Counted from the first letter of the stretch, positions 7,840 through 16,513 are shown. The stretch is DNA of 20,000 nucleotides from an uncultured virus (IMG/VR IMGVR_UViG_2875459517_000006) (IMGVR_UViG_2875459517_000006:44924-64923); one strand, 5' to 3'. Program-made: numbers and translations. Notes: generated by a model not told the origin, from the letters alone.

Positions 7840-7971
7840 TTAAGCGCCAACCCGAATGTCGGCTACCTTATATCCTCCTTCGGTGCTAGCTTGATTCTGT
7901 GTATCATATTTAAATGCAAATCCTGCTGCCGCCATCACTACGATTAAAGTGGCTAATAATATCTTTTTCAA
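7840..7971 (-). CDS. aimP: Arbitrium-type signalling pre-pro-peptide; predicted mature peptide DIRVGA
   Basis: Hand translation MKKILLATLIVVMAAAGFAFKYDTQNQASTEGGYKVADIRVGA (43 aa, TTG start, AAAGGAGAGG RBS): basic N-terminus, hydrophobic signal peptide, polar linker, VA then C-terminal hexapeptide ending GA; directly downstream of the AimR-like gene. Confidence 0.88.
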   Translation of the reverse strand: MKKILLATLIVVMAAAGFAFKYDTQNQASTEGGYKVADIRVGA

Positions 7972-7989
7972 TTAAAACCTCTCCTTTAA

Positions 7990-9135
7990 TTAATTTTTGA
8001 ATTTTAGGAATGGTCTAAGCGCTCGTGAGTCAGCTCCTGCTTTCTCAAGCTCTTTCGCTACTAACCTTGCAAAAAAGAAGTTTTCTTGACAGAAAAAAGA
8101 CTCTAGGCAATTATACATTACATCTATTGACTTTTCCGCTGTGTTTTCGAAAAATATTATAAAATTGTCTTTATCGCCCCTCTCTAATATCGTATGTAAC
8201 TTCGCTAAAGAAATTTTCCCATTTCTCGCTTTCTGATATGCTCTCAGCCTGAAGTTAGAATCTTCATCAAGCTCAACGCCGTGAAAGACTTTAGCGAAAT
8301 CTAAATTGAACTTTGCCTCTTGGATATACTGCAAATCGCCCACTTCACGCATTAACTCGTAACTTTTCCGGAGGTTATACAAACAGACATTTTTATCATC
8401 CGGTAAGTACGACATCCCTATAACATAATATGCATCAGATTTCTTTTTCGCGGATATATTTGCATTAATAATGGATTCAGCAAAATCCCGAGCAGATTTT
8501 ACATCATTAAGTTGCAAACTAATAGGCGCTAATAATTCACAGACCCTGAACGTTAAGCATTCTTTATAAAAGGTTTCTCGCGGCCCTAGGTTTGTTATAT
8601 CCTTCTGGATTTCCGAGACTTCATTTATTATTTTTTGTATGTCACCTTCAAAATAGTTGTTATACTGTCGAATGATATTCATTAAGATCAAAAGTGGTTT
8701 ACTTGTTATATTGTGGAGTCTTTCTATTGCATCCTTCAGTTCAAAGCCGCTCAACGTTCCTACCATATAGTTATAAACAATGCGGTACACTTCCACCGTC
8801 TGTTTAAGAACTCCGTCAGTATTTTGGTGAAGTAGTAATAATCTTTTTAAAAGGGGAGCGTTTGTAGTAATTGCGGAGTATTCAAATGCATTTTTTATTG
8901 TTTCTGTCCGCGTGATATGCAAACACCATTCTGACAAAATTTCATGACTTCCCTTTCCTGTTTCTCTTGAAATCAGTTGAGCGAATTTAATAAGTTTCTT
9001 GAAACTTATTTTGCCTTTCTTGAAAAAATCCCTATATGCACTTTCACTCATTCCAACAAACTCCATAACATCCGTCTTTTTTATGTCATCGTGGTCTTCA
9101 ATAAAATCATGCACCATTTTTGTGATGTATTCCAA
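7990..9135 (-). CDS. aimR: AimR-family (RRNPP) peptide receptor / lysis-lysogeny regulator
   Basis: 381 aa; N-terminal HTH (DVMEFVGMSESAYRDFFKKGKISF), IKNAFEYS, TPR-like helices (AYYVIGMSYL...NLRKSYEL), C-terminal NFFFARLVAKELEK; followed by signal-peptide gene and terminator. Confidence 0.87.
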   Translation of the reverse strand: MEYITKMVHDFIEDHDDIKKTDVMEFVGMSESAYRDFFKKGKISFKKLIKFAQLISRETGKGSHEILSEWCLHITRTETIKNAFEYSAITTNAPLLKRLLLLHQNTDGVLKQTVEVYRIVYNYMVGTLSGFELKDAIERLHNITSKPLLILMNIIRQYNNYFEGDIQKIINEVSEIQKDITNLGPRETFYKECLTFRVCELLAPISLQLNDVKSARDFAESIINANISAKKKSDAYYVIGMSYLPDDKNVCLYNLRKSYELMREVGDLQYIQEAKFNLDFAKVFHGVELDEDSNFRLRAYQKARNGKISLAKLHTILERGDKDNFIIFFENTAEKSIDVMYNCLESFFCQENFFFARLVAKELEKAGADSRALRPFLKFKN

Positions 9136-9193
9136 GTGAGCCTACCTCCTTGATTATCTATTTAAATTCGATCAGCAACTTTTAACTAACTCA

Positions 9194-9223
9194 ATTATAA
9201 TTATTGCATTATCGATATGTCAA
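9194..9223 (-). promoter_or_regulatory. Sigma-A promoter for aimR-aimP
   Basis: Consensus hexamers TTGACA (9218-9223) -18 bp- TATAAT (9194-9199) on the minus strand, about 60 nt upstream of aimR. Confidence 0.8.
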
Positions 9224-9284
9224 TAATAATTTTCGGTAGTTTTTGTTAAAGCGATAATATAAAATATACTGGACACCTTTACGA

Positions 9285-9530
9285 ATGGAGGTGTTTATTA
9301 CGTTTAAGGTCGGCAAATGTCGGATACCCGAACTACGCAAGAAACGCGGAATTAGTTCCACTCAACTCGCAGCAATGGTCGGAGTATCAAAAACGCAAAT
9401 GTCCGATTACGTCAGCCTTCGGAATCTGCCGAGCATCGAACGAACCTACAATATCGCGATGATGCTCGGCTGTGCGCCCGAAGATCTGTACGATTGGATT
9501 GAGGTATCCGACAGCAACACGGAGGGTTAA
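9285..9530 (+). CDS. Xre/Cro-family HTH transcriptional regulator
   Basis: ELRKKRGISSTQLAAMVGVSKTQMSDYVSLRNLPSIERTYNIAMMLGC; the only credible plus-strand gene; divergent from aimR. Start uncertain (possibly ATT at 9297). Confidence 0.88.
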   Translation: MEVFITFKVGKCRIPELRKKRGISSTQLAAMVGVSKTQMSDYVSLRNLPSIERTYNIAMMLGCAPEDLYDWIEVSDSNTEG

Positions 9531-9541
9531 TACAACCTCCG
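9520..9541. terminator. Hairpin between convergent Xre and primase genes
   Basis: CGGAGGGTT-aatac-AACCTCCG; no clear U-tract. Confidence 0.3.
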
Positions 9542-9546
9542 CCGAC

Positions 9547-10542
9547 CTAAAGTACGGGAATTCCCGAACCTAAACGTAAAGAATGCTTCACGACCTCCGC
9601 ACGATCATACACGTCTCGCAACGCTTCTGTACCGCGCTTTATAAGTAGTTCATCAGCGTCTTTCACCTCCGTAATATAACCGTGCGCAAGCCGCACCTTT
9701 CCGATCAAATAACGCTCAATCTCCCGCCGTAACTTTTCGCCAGCTTTGTCGTTATCTGTAACCACCGTTAAATATTCGATAGGTGACTGCGCAATTATGT
9801 CCGCCTTTTGTAAATTAAATGTGCTGCCACCGGTTCCGATCGCCGGTATGCCCGCAGACCGCCACGCCATGGCATCGATCTCGGCCTCGCATATCACTGC
9901 GCTTTTAATCCGCTGCGCATACACGAGATCCATTCCGTAAACTAAATACCGGATAGGCATGCCGCCTTTTACGTACCAGAACGCCTTCCCCTTCGTCCCC
10001 CTATACTTAACGTTAGCCAGCCGCCCGTTAGGAAGCCGCCAAGGGATCGCGACTGCGTTACCGGCAAGTGATACGCCGGCCTCTTCTTGTACTGCGGCCG
10101 CAATGCCCCGGCCCGTTAGATAAGCGTTAGGTCCCGGCGTTGTGTCAGCGAGGACCGATTCCGCTAAAGGTTCCGGCTTCGTGACGGCCTTTAATTTCGG
10201 AAGCCGCAGCGCCATACGCCCGCCTTCAGCCGCCGGTGCATACGTTTCCAATAAGTAATCGATTGCGTCGTCTTCGGTTTCGCCGCGCAGGAAAGCGAGC
10301 AGTTTAACGAACCCACCCCGCGCAAACTCTTCGTCATAGGCGCCTGAGTCGCCCCAATAGCCGGCTTTTGCCGACGCTGTGTCTTCGAGGTATACGTAAA
10401 AGCTCGGAGTCCGATCGTATCTGAATGGACTGGCGGCCAGCAGGCGTTCATCGCCCCAAGTCGGCCGGGTCCAGTCGAATTGTTCGAGCTCATACCGAAT
10501 GTCGACGTCTACAAAACGTCCATTCAAAGTTAATATCGGCAA
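9547..10542 (-). CDS. Phage DNA primase (TOPRIM)
   Basis: YLTGRGI, IPW...NVKYR, ICEAEIDAM, TDNDKAG, KDADE; adjacent to helicase. Confidence 0.9.
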   Translation of the reverse strand: MPILTLNGRFVDVDIRYELEQFDWTRPTWGDERLLAASPFRYDRTPSFYVYLEDTASAKAGYWGDSGAYDEEFARGGFVKLLAFLRGETEDDAIDYLLETYAPAAEGGRMALRLPKLKAVTKPEPLAESVLADTTPGPNAYLTGRGIAAAVQEEAGVSLAGNAVAIPWRLPNGRLANVKYRGTKGKAFWYVKGGMPIRYLVYGMDLVYAQRIKSAVICEAEIDAMAWRSAGIPAIGTGGSTFNLQKADIIAQSPIEYLTVVTDNDKAGEKLRREIERYLIGKVRLAHGYITEVKDADELLIKRGTEALRDVYDRAEVVKHSLRLGSGIPVL

Positions 10543-10571
10543 TTCGAGACACTTCCTTTCGAGACTTGTAA

Positions 10572-10618
10572 ATTATATTACGACATTGTTACGAGAATTA
10601 CAGTCGCAATTTGTCGAA
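10572..10618. promoter_or_regulatory. Primase upstream region: -10 element and Spo0A-box-like sites
   Basis: Minus-strand TATAAT (10572-10577); TGTCGAA at 10612-10618; TGTCGTA (minus) at 10579-10585. Confidence 0.35.
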
Positions 10619-10676
10619 AATATTCAAAAATTTAGATGTAATTGTTGACAATATCATCCGTTAAATTCCAATCGCT

Positions 10677-12095
10677 CTAAAACTCGAACACGTCCGCAGC
10701 TCCGGCGCCTGTTTCCGGCTGTTTCACCACGCCGATTTGCGGCAGATAGATAATTTCTGCGACTTCCCCTTCGCCGCCATCGCGCCCTTTATTCAATCCG
10801 ATTAAGCCGCGTCCTTCTTTCGCGTTCGTGTCAACCGCAATCAATAACGCAGCATCTTCGAGCAGGGCTTTCGTTTTCTTGACGCCTTTACGTTGCGGTA
10901 AACTCAGTTCTCGCTCTCCGTCGTCGCCCGCCTTTTCGTCATCCTCATCCGCCTGTGTGAGCGCAAAGATAGTCGCTTTCGTATGCCCGGCAAGACGTCG
11001 CAATTTTTGCGAAGTATTAGCCGCATCCCCACCCGCAGTCTTTGACGTGTTGGCTTCGTAATCGAGGTAATAAAACGGATCTACGAGCACGACGTCGGCC
11101 TTCGTTTCGATAATGTCCGATTTTAGATCGCGCAATGTACGAGAGACGAAATCTTCATCGTCGACGGCTCGCACCGTAATATTACCCGGAAGGATTTCGT
11201 TGAGCCGATCGAGGAATTCCATAAAACCCGCCTCAAACTCGTCGGATAGTTTGCCCTGCCGGACATCGCGAGAATTGAATCCGCCCGGTCCTAAGTAACC
11301 GATATCACGTTCCATATTGACGCCTTCTAACGGATTATTGTCGATGCCGAATTCTCCTGAAATTGATACGTATAAGCGCACAAGCACTTCGTACCAGCCC
11401 ATTTCCATCGACCATATTAGAACGTTCGCCCCCTGCATCGCGCAGTTAATGACTTCCTCTAACGCTATGGCCGATTTACCCCGGCCCGACTTTCCGTAGA
11501 TCACGTATACGTTCGACGAAACATAGCCGCCCATCGCCTTATTGACAAAGTCGAATTTGCTGCGCCAGATCCGGAAGGATTCGCCGGCCTTACGGTTTTC
11601 ATATTCCGTTTTAAATTTGTCGATGTCTCGTTTGATATCCGTACCAACCGAATTTCGAACGTTTGTTCTCATTTTAAGACTTTCGGCCTGCCCCGTCAAC
11701 CACTCGAAGAATTTTCCCATATCACCGCTTTTTTGCGCTTCAATAAATCGTTTTTCGAGTTGCGGCTCCTGCACTTGGCGATTGGTTTCCGGATCAATAC
11801 GCCCGTTCATCAGCTCGATAAATTCGCGCTCGGCCGCCCGGTCCTTGAGATTTTTCGCAAGGTAATCGTAACTGGCTTCGATATTAAAATCCGGTTGGAA
11901 GTCCGGCACCTCATTCGCAACCATCTCGGCCGTCGGCGCTTGGCCTCGGTATTTCTCCGCGTAATCCATAACGTACCGGAAGGCCTTGCGTTCGCCCTGC
12001 GTTTGGAAGTCGGCTTCGGAAACATTAAAGCGCAACAGGGCGTTCGGATCGTTCGCCTCTATGGCCTTCGATATTAATAAAGTTCCGTAGTTCAT
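10677..12095 (-). CDS. Replicative DNA helicase, DnaB-like (SF4)
   Basis: Walker A GKSGRGKS, WSMEM, Walker B VVLVDPFY, ALTQA, EDA, NKGRDG. Confidence 0.93.
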   Translation of the reverse strand: MNYGTLLISKAIEANDPNALLRFNVSEADFQTQGERKAFRYVMDYAEKYRGQAPTAEMVANEVPDFQPDFNIEASYDYLAKNLKDRAAEREFIELMNGRIDPETNRQVQEPQLEKRFIEAQKSGDMGKFFEWLTGQAESLKMRTNVRNSVGTDIKRDIDKFKTEYENRKAGESFRIWRSKFDFVNKAMGGYVSSNVYVIYGKSGRGKSAIALEEVINCAMQGANVLIWSMEMGWYEVLVRLYVSISGEFGIDNNPLEGVNMERDIGYLGPGGFNSRDVRQGKLSDEFEAGFMEFLDRLNEILPGNITVRAVDDEDFVSRTLRDLKSDIIETKADVVLVDPFYYLDYEANTSKTAGGDAANTSQKLRRLAGHTKATIFALTQADEDDEKAGDDGERELSLPQRKGVKKTKALLEDAALLIAVDTNAKEGRGLIGLNKGRDGGEGEVAEIIYLPQIGVVKQPETGAGAADVFEF

Positions 12096-12109
12096 GGGCG
12101 TTCAGCTCC

Positions 12110-12436
12110 TTACGTAAAATGTGTGATAACGATAAGCTTCGGTTCCGCTTCAATCCCGAATTCATTGCGGATATGCGCTCGCACTCTTTCGCAAGCATTT
12201 TCGTAAATATCTCCGACTTCTATTTCTGAAAGCCTGAATCCCGTATATTCAGATGCTTTGGTCACGACCTCACCGACGACAAAATACCCGCCACTCATCC
12301 CGTCTATTAAATACGTAATCTCACCCGAGCTATCCACGCCCTCAAATTTTTCGTATTCTTCGTACTTGTATTCATCGAATTGATCGTATCCTATATCCGC
12401 GCCAATCAAAACCCAATCCGATCTCCATACGCCCAT
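12110..12436 (-). CDS. Hypothetical acidic protein
   Basis: 108-aa ORF with AAAGGAG RBS, operon context. Confidence 0.7.
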   Translation of the reverse strand: MGVWRSDWVLIGADIGYDQFDEYKYEEYEKFEGVDSSGEITYLIDGMSGGYFVVGEVVTKASEYTGFRLSEIEVGDIYENACERVRAHIRNEFGIEAEPKLIVITHFT

Positions 12437-12522
12437 TACTTCTGTTCTCCTTTCGTGGCAATTACGAACCCAGCTATACTTGCGCTAACAAAAAATATAA
12501 ACCCTATAACTAATTCCTGCAT
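12436..12522 (-). CDS. Single-TM microprotein (28 aa)
   Basis: Hand translation MQELVIGFIFFVSASIAGFVIATKGEQK; GGAGGTG RBS; abuts upstream stop and overlaps downstream start (TAATG). Confidence 0.6.
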   Translation of the reverse strand: MQELVIGFIFFVSASIAGFVIATKGEQK

Positions 12523-13035
12523 CTATTCGCCCACCTCCCGTCTCAATTTCGCCAGCACAACGTCAGCCTTCGTTTTATACTCCGCATCCCCGAACGTCTC
12601 GTACAAGCGCATGTTATCGTTGTATTCGTCCAGCAACCCGTCGATTTCCTTCGAAACCTCCTGCGCTTTCTTTTTCGACATATCACTCGCCACCTTTTTG
12701 AGTCCTTTTCCTAACTCCGCGACGCTTTCTACGCTTGGTAATGTCGGAAAAATGTCCGCAATATGAAAAGCCCCGCCCGACGGCTCCGGATAATTCGTCT
12801 CGTCGTACTCTAGAAGGTAATCTTCCGCGAACTGTTTCCGGCATACCAACCGCAGATCCGTTTCGTACGCGTCGAGGAATTCACCGTTAATCGCGTCGGT
12901 CAGTTCGAACTCGACGTATTCACTTACGCCCCACTCATCGGTTGCCTTTACTTCTCGCCAAGCATCGACGTAGAATATCCGATTTTCGTACCCGGCAACC
13001 GAGACGATATCCCCGAAGGTGAATTCCGTTTTCAT
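12523..13035 (-). CDS. Hypothetical protein (N-terminal SH3-like, C-terminal helical)
   Basis: FTFGDIVSV at N-terminus; EIDGLLDEYND near C-terminus; tight gene packing. Confidence 0.7.
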   Translation of the reverse strand: MKTEFTFGDIVSVAGYENRIFYVDAWREVKATDEWGVSEYVEFELTDAINGEFLDAYETDLRLVCRKQFAEDYLLEYDETNYPEPSGGAFHIADIFPTLPSVESVAELGKGLKKVASDMSKKKAQEVSKEIDGLLDEYNDNMRLYETFGDAEYKTKADVVLAKLRREVGE

Positions 13036-13254
13036 CTACGCATCCCTCGCAATCATTCCAGCGTTACACATCCGTAAATATTCATAACGATCTACCTTTC
13101 GAATCTTTCCGCAGTTAACGCAGCCGGTTTCATAGTAATCAACAGAATCTTCTGCTACTCCGTTATACTCATATTCAACCATTACATCGGCGACTTTCCA
13201 TTCGTGAAAACATAGCGGACGCTCCTCTTTAGATTTTCGTCCGAATAGCCTCAT
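13036..13254 (-). CDS. Small Zn-ribbon-like protein
   Basis: CFHEW...CVNCGK; GGAGG RBS. Confidence 0.65.
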   Translation of the reverse strand: MRLFGRKSKEERPLCFHEWKVADVMVEYEYNGVAEDSVDYYETGCVNCGKIRKVDRYEYLRMCNAGMIARDA

Positions 13255-13563
13255 CTACGCACCTCCTTCCTCTAGACGTTTTATATCGTTTTCAACAACT
13301 GTTAATATGACCTCGACTTTTTCCAACTCTCTATTTGCGATCAGACATCTTGCGGTCGCCTTATTAATTTCGATCACCTGTCCTGTAGGCATAGGGTATG
13401 CGGAAGGCCTGAAGTGAGGCAAAGCTTCATATACATTACGCGCCGCGGCTAAAGCCTTAGTCAGTGCTTCGGCTCTTTTCTCATTAAAATGTTCAAGTCT
13501 TTGCTGAAGCCGTACGTACTCGTCGGTCTTACCGGCTTCAACGATACTTAACGGAATATTCAT
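13255..13563 (-). CDS. Hypothetical coiled-coil protein
   Basis: 102-aa ORF with ATGA coupling. Confidence 0.65.
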   Translation of the reverse strand: MNIPLSIVEAGKTDEYVRLQQRLEHFNEKRAEALTKALAAARNVYEALPHFRPSAYPMPTGQVIEINKATARCLIANRELEKVEVILTVVENDIKRLEEGGA

Positions 13564-14342
13564 CTGCGCATCCCCCTTTTCGATTCGCCTACGAATTCAA
13601 TCTCGCGGCATAGGTCGCCCACCCGATCGGCCAGACGTCGCTCACCGAATACTTGCCAAAGTTGATCGAGCGCAATGTTGCTCGTGTAGATCGTCGGCAG
13701 CTGATTCGTTACCCTTGCGTTAATAACGGTGTGCAAATCGCCGCGGAAGCCGTCCGTTGCATCGCGAACCCCTATATCGTCCAGCACCGCAAACGGCGCC
13801 TTCTTTGCGGCCTCAAGCGCACGATAATAACGGGCGGCCGCCGGCTCTGCGACTGAATCCGGAACACGTGGACGGTTGAATTCGTTATAGTCGTTCTGCC
13901 ACGCGTTCACATCGAGGAAATACGCTGGCCGCTGCAATGGTTCGAGACCACGCCGCAGGGAGCCGCTGTAATGAACGCGCAGCCATTCGTTAAGAAGTGC
14001 GGCTGCCGTCGTCGTCTTACCGGTGCCGGGCGATTCACTTACGAGGTATAGCGACTTTATGCGGTCCGCTGCCGCTACCGAACCAGATTGCTGATCGAAT
14101 TGACGATTAAATGTAGACGCGTAAGCATAAGCCGCTTTATAAGCCTCCGCTTGATCACCACGCGCCGGCGAATTCTGTAGCGTCACGAGCCGGTACTCAC
14201 GCGGAAGCCCTGCCGCCGCCGAACGTCCTCCGTTTCCGCTTACGCCGTGCATCTGAATGAAAGCCGTACAGTGTTTCGTACAAGCCGCCGTACCTGCCCC
14301 CATGCATCCGTTAGCAAGTACGCAATTGTTTTCGTTAGTCAT
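13560..14342 (-). CDS. DnaC/IstB-like AAA+ helicase loader
   Basis: Start reassigned to ATG 14342 (AAAGGAGG RBS); N-terminal Cys cluster, Walker A SPGTGKTT, Walker B VLDDIG, PTIYTSN, RLADR, GESKR. Confidence 0.9.
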   Translation of the reverse strand: MTNENNCVLANGCMGAGTAACTKHCTAFIQMHGVSGNGGRSAAAGLPREYRLVTLQNSPARGDQAEAYKAAYAYASTFNRQFDQQSGSVAAADRIKSLYLVSESPGTGKTTTAAALLNEWLRVHYSGSLRRGLEPLQRPAYFLDVNAWQNDYNEFNRPRVPDSVAEPAAARYYRALEAAKKAPFAVLDDIGVRDATDGFRGDLHTVINARVTNQLPTIYTSNIALDQLWQVFGERRLADRVGDLCREIEFVGESKRGMRR

Positions 14343-14361
14343 ATTCGCGGACCTCCTTTCG

Positions 14362-14499
14362 TTATTGCTTTCGTTCAACGTCGCCCGTCACGTGATTATC
14401 ACGCAAACTAAATGTTTTAAGAACGTAACCTCGTCTATCTAAATACTCGATGCACGCCTGCATAATCTCGTGTTTATCCAGTTTCACATATACTTCCAT
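14362..14499 (-). CDS. Small hypothetical protein (45 aa)
   Basis: Hand translation MEVYVKLDKHEIMQACIEYLDRRGYVLKTFSLRDNHVTGDVERKQ; TAATG coupling; not in ORF track. Confidence 0.6.
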   Translation of the reverse strand: MEVYVKLDKHEIMQACIEYLDRRGYVLKTFSLRDNHVTGDVERKQ

Positions 14500-15242
14500 T
14501 AATCAACCACCCCTTCGCGTGAGTCGTCGATGATTCTAAATTCGTATTGACGCGCATATTTCAGCGGTACCCACACGCCGGATATAGGCGGCCACGCATC
14601 GTCTGAAATAACTAGCGCGGTGTCCTTAACTGCATGACCTTCAACAACGTCGCCCACACGAACCTCAGTCGGCTGCGGAGCGTTTAAGTATTCGTCTGGC
14701 ACCGCCAAGCCTAACGCACGTCTTAGCGCGATTGCTTTACCGATATGGACGTTGAAGCAGTCGTCAGGGGCGGCTTTGGCGATTCCTTTTGCGTAAACCT
14801 TCCCGGTGCGGAGGCCTTTTAATAGCGCAACAACTGCTCGTTTATCGCTATTCACTACGAACTCCACTTTACAGGTTGCGACACTCCCCGTACCCGTTAC
14901 ATATCGTACGCCATCACCGTAATTAGACAGCTTCTCAACGTCCGCCTTCGACTGCTCAACGATTTCATCACGGCGGGCTTGTGCTCGATCTTTAATCGCC
15001 TCCTGTCCGCTCTTAGCGACTTTCTTCATTTCCTCGTTGTGGAGAAACGCAGTATATTCAATTGTCTGCGGAATAACGAGGACATCTTTTCGTTCGTTTG
15101 CGTAGGCTTTTACGAATGCTTCTGAATATGGTGCCCCGATTAGAATATCGCCGAACCTCGACTTGCTTCCGATATAATCCTCGCCTACCTTTTCGAATAC
15201 TGTGCTCGCACTATCAATAGCCGTTTTATTTACGCTTTCCAT
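14499..15242 (-). CDS. Hypothetical phage protein
   Basis: Start reassigned to ATG 15242 (GAGGAGG RBS); GIAKAAPDDCFNVHIGKAIALRRA and VRVGDVV segments. Confidence 0.75.
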   Translation of the reverse strand: MESVNKTAIDSASTVFEKVGEDYIGSKSRFGDILIGAPYSEAFVKAYANERKDVLVIPQTIEYTAFLHNEEMKKVAKSGQEAIKDRAQARRDEIVEQSKADVEKLSNYGDGVRYVTGTGSVATCKVEFVVNSDKRAVVALLKGLRTGKVYAKGIAKAAPDDCFNVHIGKAIALRRALGLAVPDEYLNAPQPTEVRVGDVVEGHAVKDTALVISDDAWPPISGVWVPLKYARQYEFRIIDDSREGVVD

Positions 15243-15270
15243 TCCGTCAGCCTCCTCGTTTTTAACTTCG

Positions 15271-15651
15271 TTATTCACTTACCCGCAACCACTTTTCCGC
15301 TGTTTTGATCGCGATCTCTGCGTGCTCAATCGTCAAGGGTTCCGTTCTCTCATCCGTCATAAATACTGCGTTACCGACTCTTCCGCGCTCTTTATACCAC
15401 ATCATTACGACATAGCCGCCAAACCCTTCGTAAGTATCAGGCGCATAATTATCGTTTAAAGGTACGTATCCTATTGATCCGCAAGAATCATCGTCTCGAT
15501 CGGAATGTCCTAGTTCCTCCGATAACCTGCGCAGTTTACCCATCGTTGCACACGCCCAGTTATCCGGCGAAAACACGCCATTTTCGAAAGCGCAAACCGG
15601 ATCAGATCCGTGCCAAGTCTTGCCGCGTTCTCTACATAATCGACATACCAT
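15271..15651 (-). CDS. Cys-rich hypothetical phage protein
   Basis: CRLC...CAF...NWAC; GAGGAGG RBS. Confidence 0.7.
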   Translation of the reverse strand: MVCRLCRERGKTWHGSDPVCAFENGVFSPDNWACATMGKLRRLSEELGHSDRDDDSCGSIGYVPLNDNYAPDTYEGFGGYVVMMWYKERGRVGNAVFMTDERTEPLTIEHAEIAIKTAEKWLRVSE

Positions 15652-15669
15652 TCCGCAATCCCTCCTCGT

Positions 15670-16038
15670 TTAAAACCATGTATTATCTACGCCTTCATTG
15701 CGATCGGCTCTTTGCTGTTCGGCTGCCAGACCGCTCACCGCCCGCTGTAAATTTCGTCCCATGTACGTCTGCATAAATCCGAAGCTCAAGCCCGGATATT
15801 CAAGCGACGGTTTATATTCCGCGAAGCACAGATCGATGAATCGCTTCGTTATCTCCGGCCCATATGCGCCCGGCTTTTGTTTCGTACCGACCCAACGTCC
15901 GAGCATGCCAGCTTCGGCTTGGTAGCCGCGAAAAGGTGCGTAAGGGACGTCGTAGAGCCTTTCGTGCTCCGCTTTGAGGTACGCTTGGAAGTCGCGCGTA
16001 TTCCAATTGGCGACCGGCTTTGATTCATACGTTGTCAT
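15670..16038 (-). CDS. Hypothetical protein resembling a replication-initiator C-terminal helical domain
   Basis: 122 aa; YG.E.TKRFIDLCF..Y pattern; resemblance from recall only. Confidence 0.55.
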   Translation of the reverse strand: MTTYESKPVANWNTRDFQAYLKAEHERLYDVPYAPFRGYQAEAGMLGRWVGTKQKPGAYGPEITKRFIDLCFAEYKPSLEYPGLSFGFMQTYMGRNLQRAVSGLAAEQQRADRNEGVDNTWF

Positions 16039-16169
16039 CTTCTGACCTCCTCACGTAAGGCTTCGATTTCGTAGAGAAGGCGCCAAACGTGATGATTAAG
16101 GTGTTCGGGTACGCCGAGCTGTAGCGCTGATATTGCTTCGTTTAATTCGTACGGTGTCGGTCGTTTCAT
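16035..16169 (-). CDS. Small hypothetical protein (44 aa)
   Basis: MKRPTPYELNEAISALQLG...; AAGGAG RBS; ATGA overlaps at both ends. Confidence 0.6.
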   Translation of the reverse strand: MKRPTPYELNEAISALQLGVPEHLNHHVWRLLYEIEALREEVRR

Positions 16170-16513
16170 CGCGCGTTCACTCCTTCGATTTTGATTCCGA
16201 GAAGATTGAGCGTATTGATAACGCCATCCCTTTCGCATTCAAGGCTGAACGTAACGCCCCGGGATTGCGAAGTCCGTTGCTTTTCCTGAAGTTCGGCGAA
16301 ATACTCGCGTACCCGGTCTTCCGGCGTCGCTTCGACTTCGTATTCGTTGACTAGTGCGGCTGCAAGCGTCAAGATGTCGAGGTCATTTAGCGAATAACAG
16401 TGATCCAACCATTCGCCTGTTGCGTGATGCTCAAGTACGTCTGATTTCGACCATCCCGTAGAATAAAGATGTAGTAAGGCATCCGCCTGTTCCTTCGTGA
16501 TTGTCGGTGTCAT
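16166..16513 (-). CDS. DUF1642-like phage protein
   Basis: Start reassigned to ATG 16513 (AAAGGAGG RBS); ITKEQADAL...LAAALVNEYEVE. Confidence 0.6.
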   Translation of the reverse strand: MTPTITKEQADALLHLYSTGWSKSDVLEHHATGEWLDHCYSLNDLDILTLAAALVNEYEVEATPEDRVREYFAELQEKQRTSQSRGVTFSLECERDGVINTLNLLGIKIEGVNAR

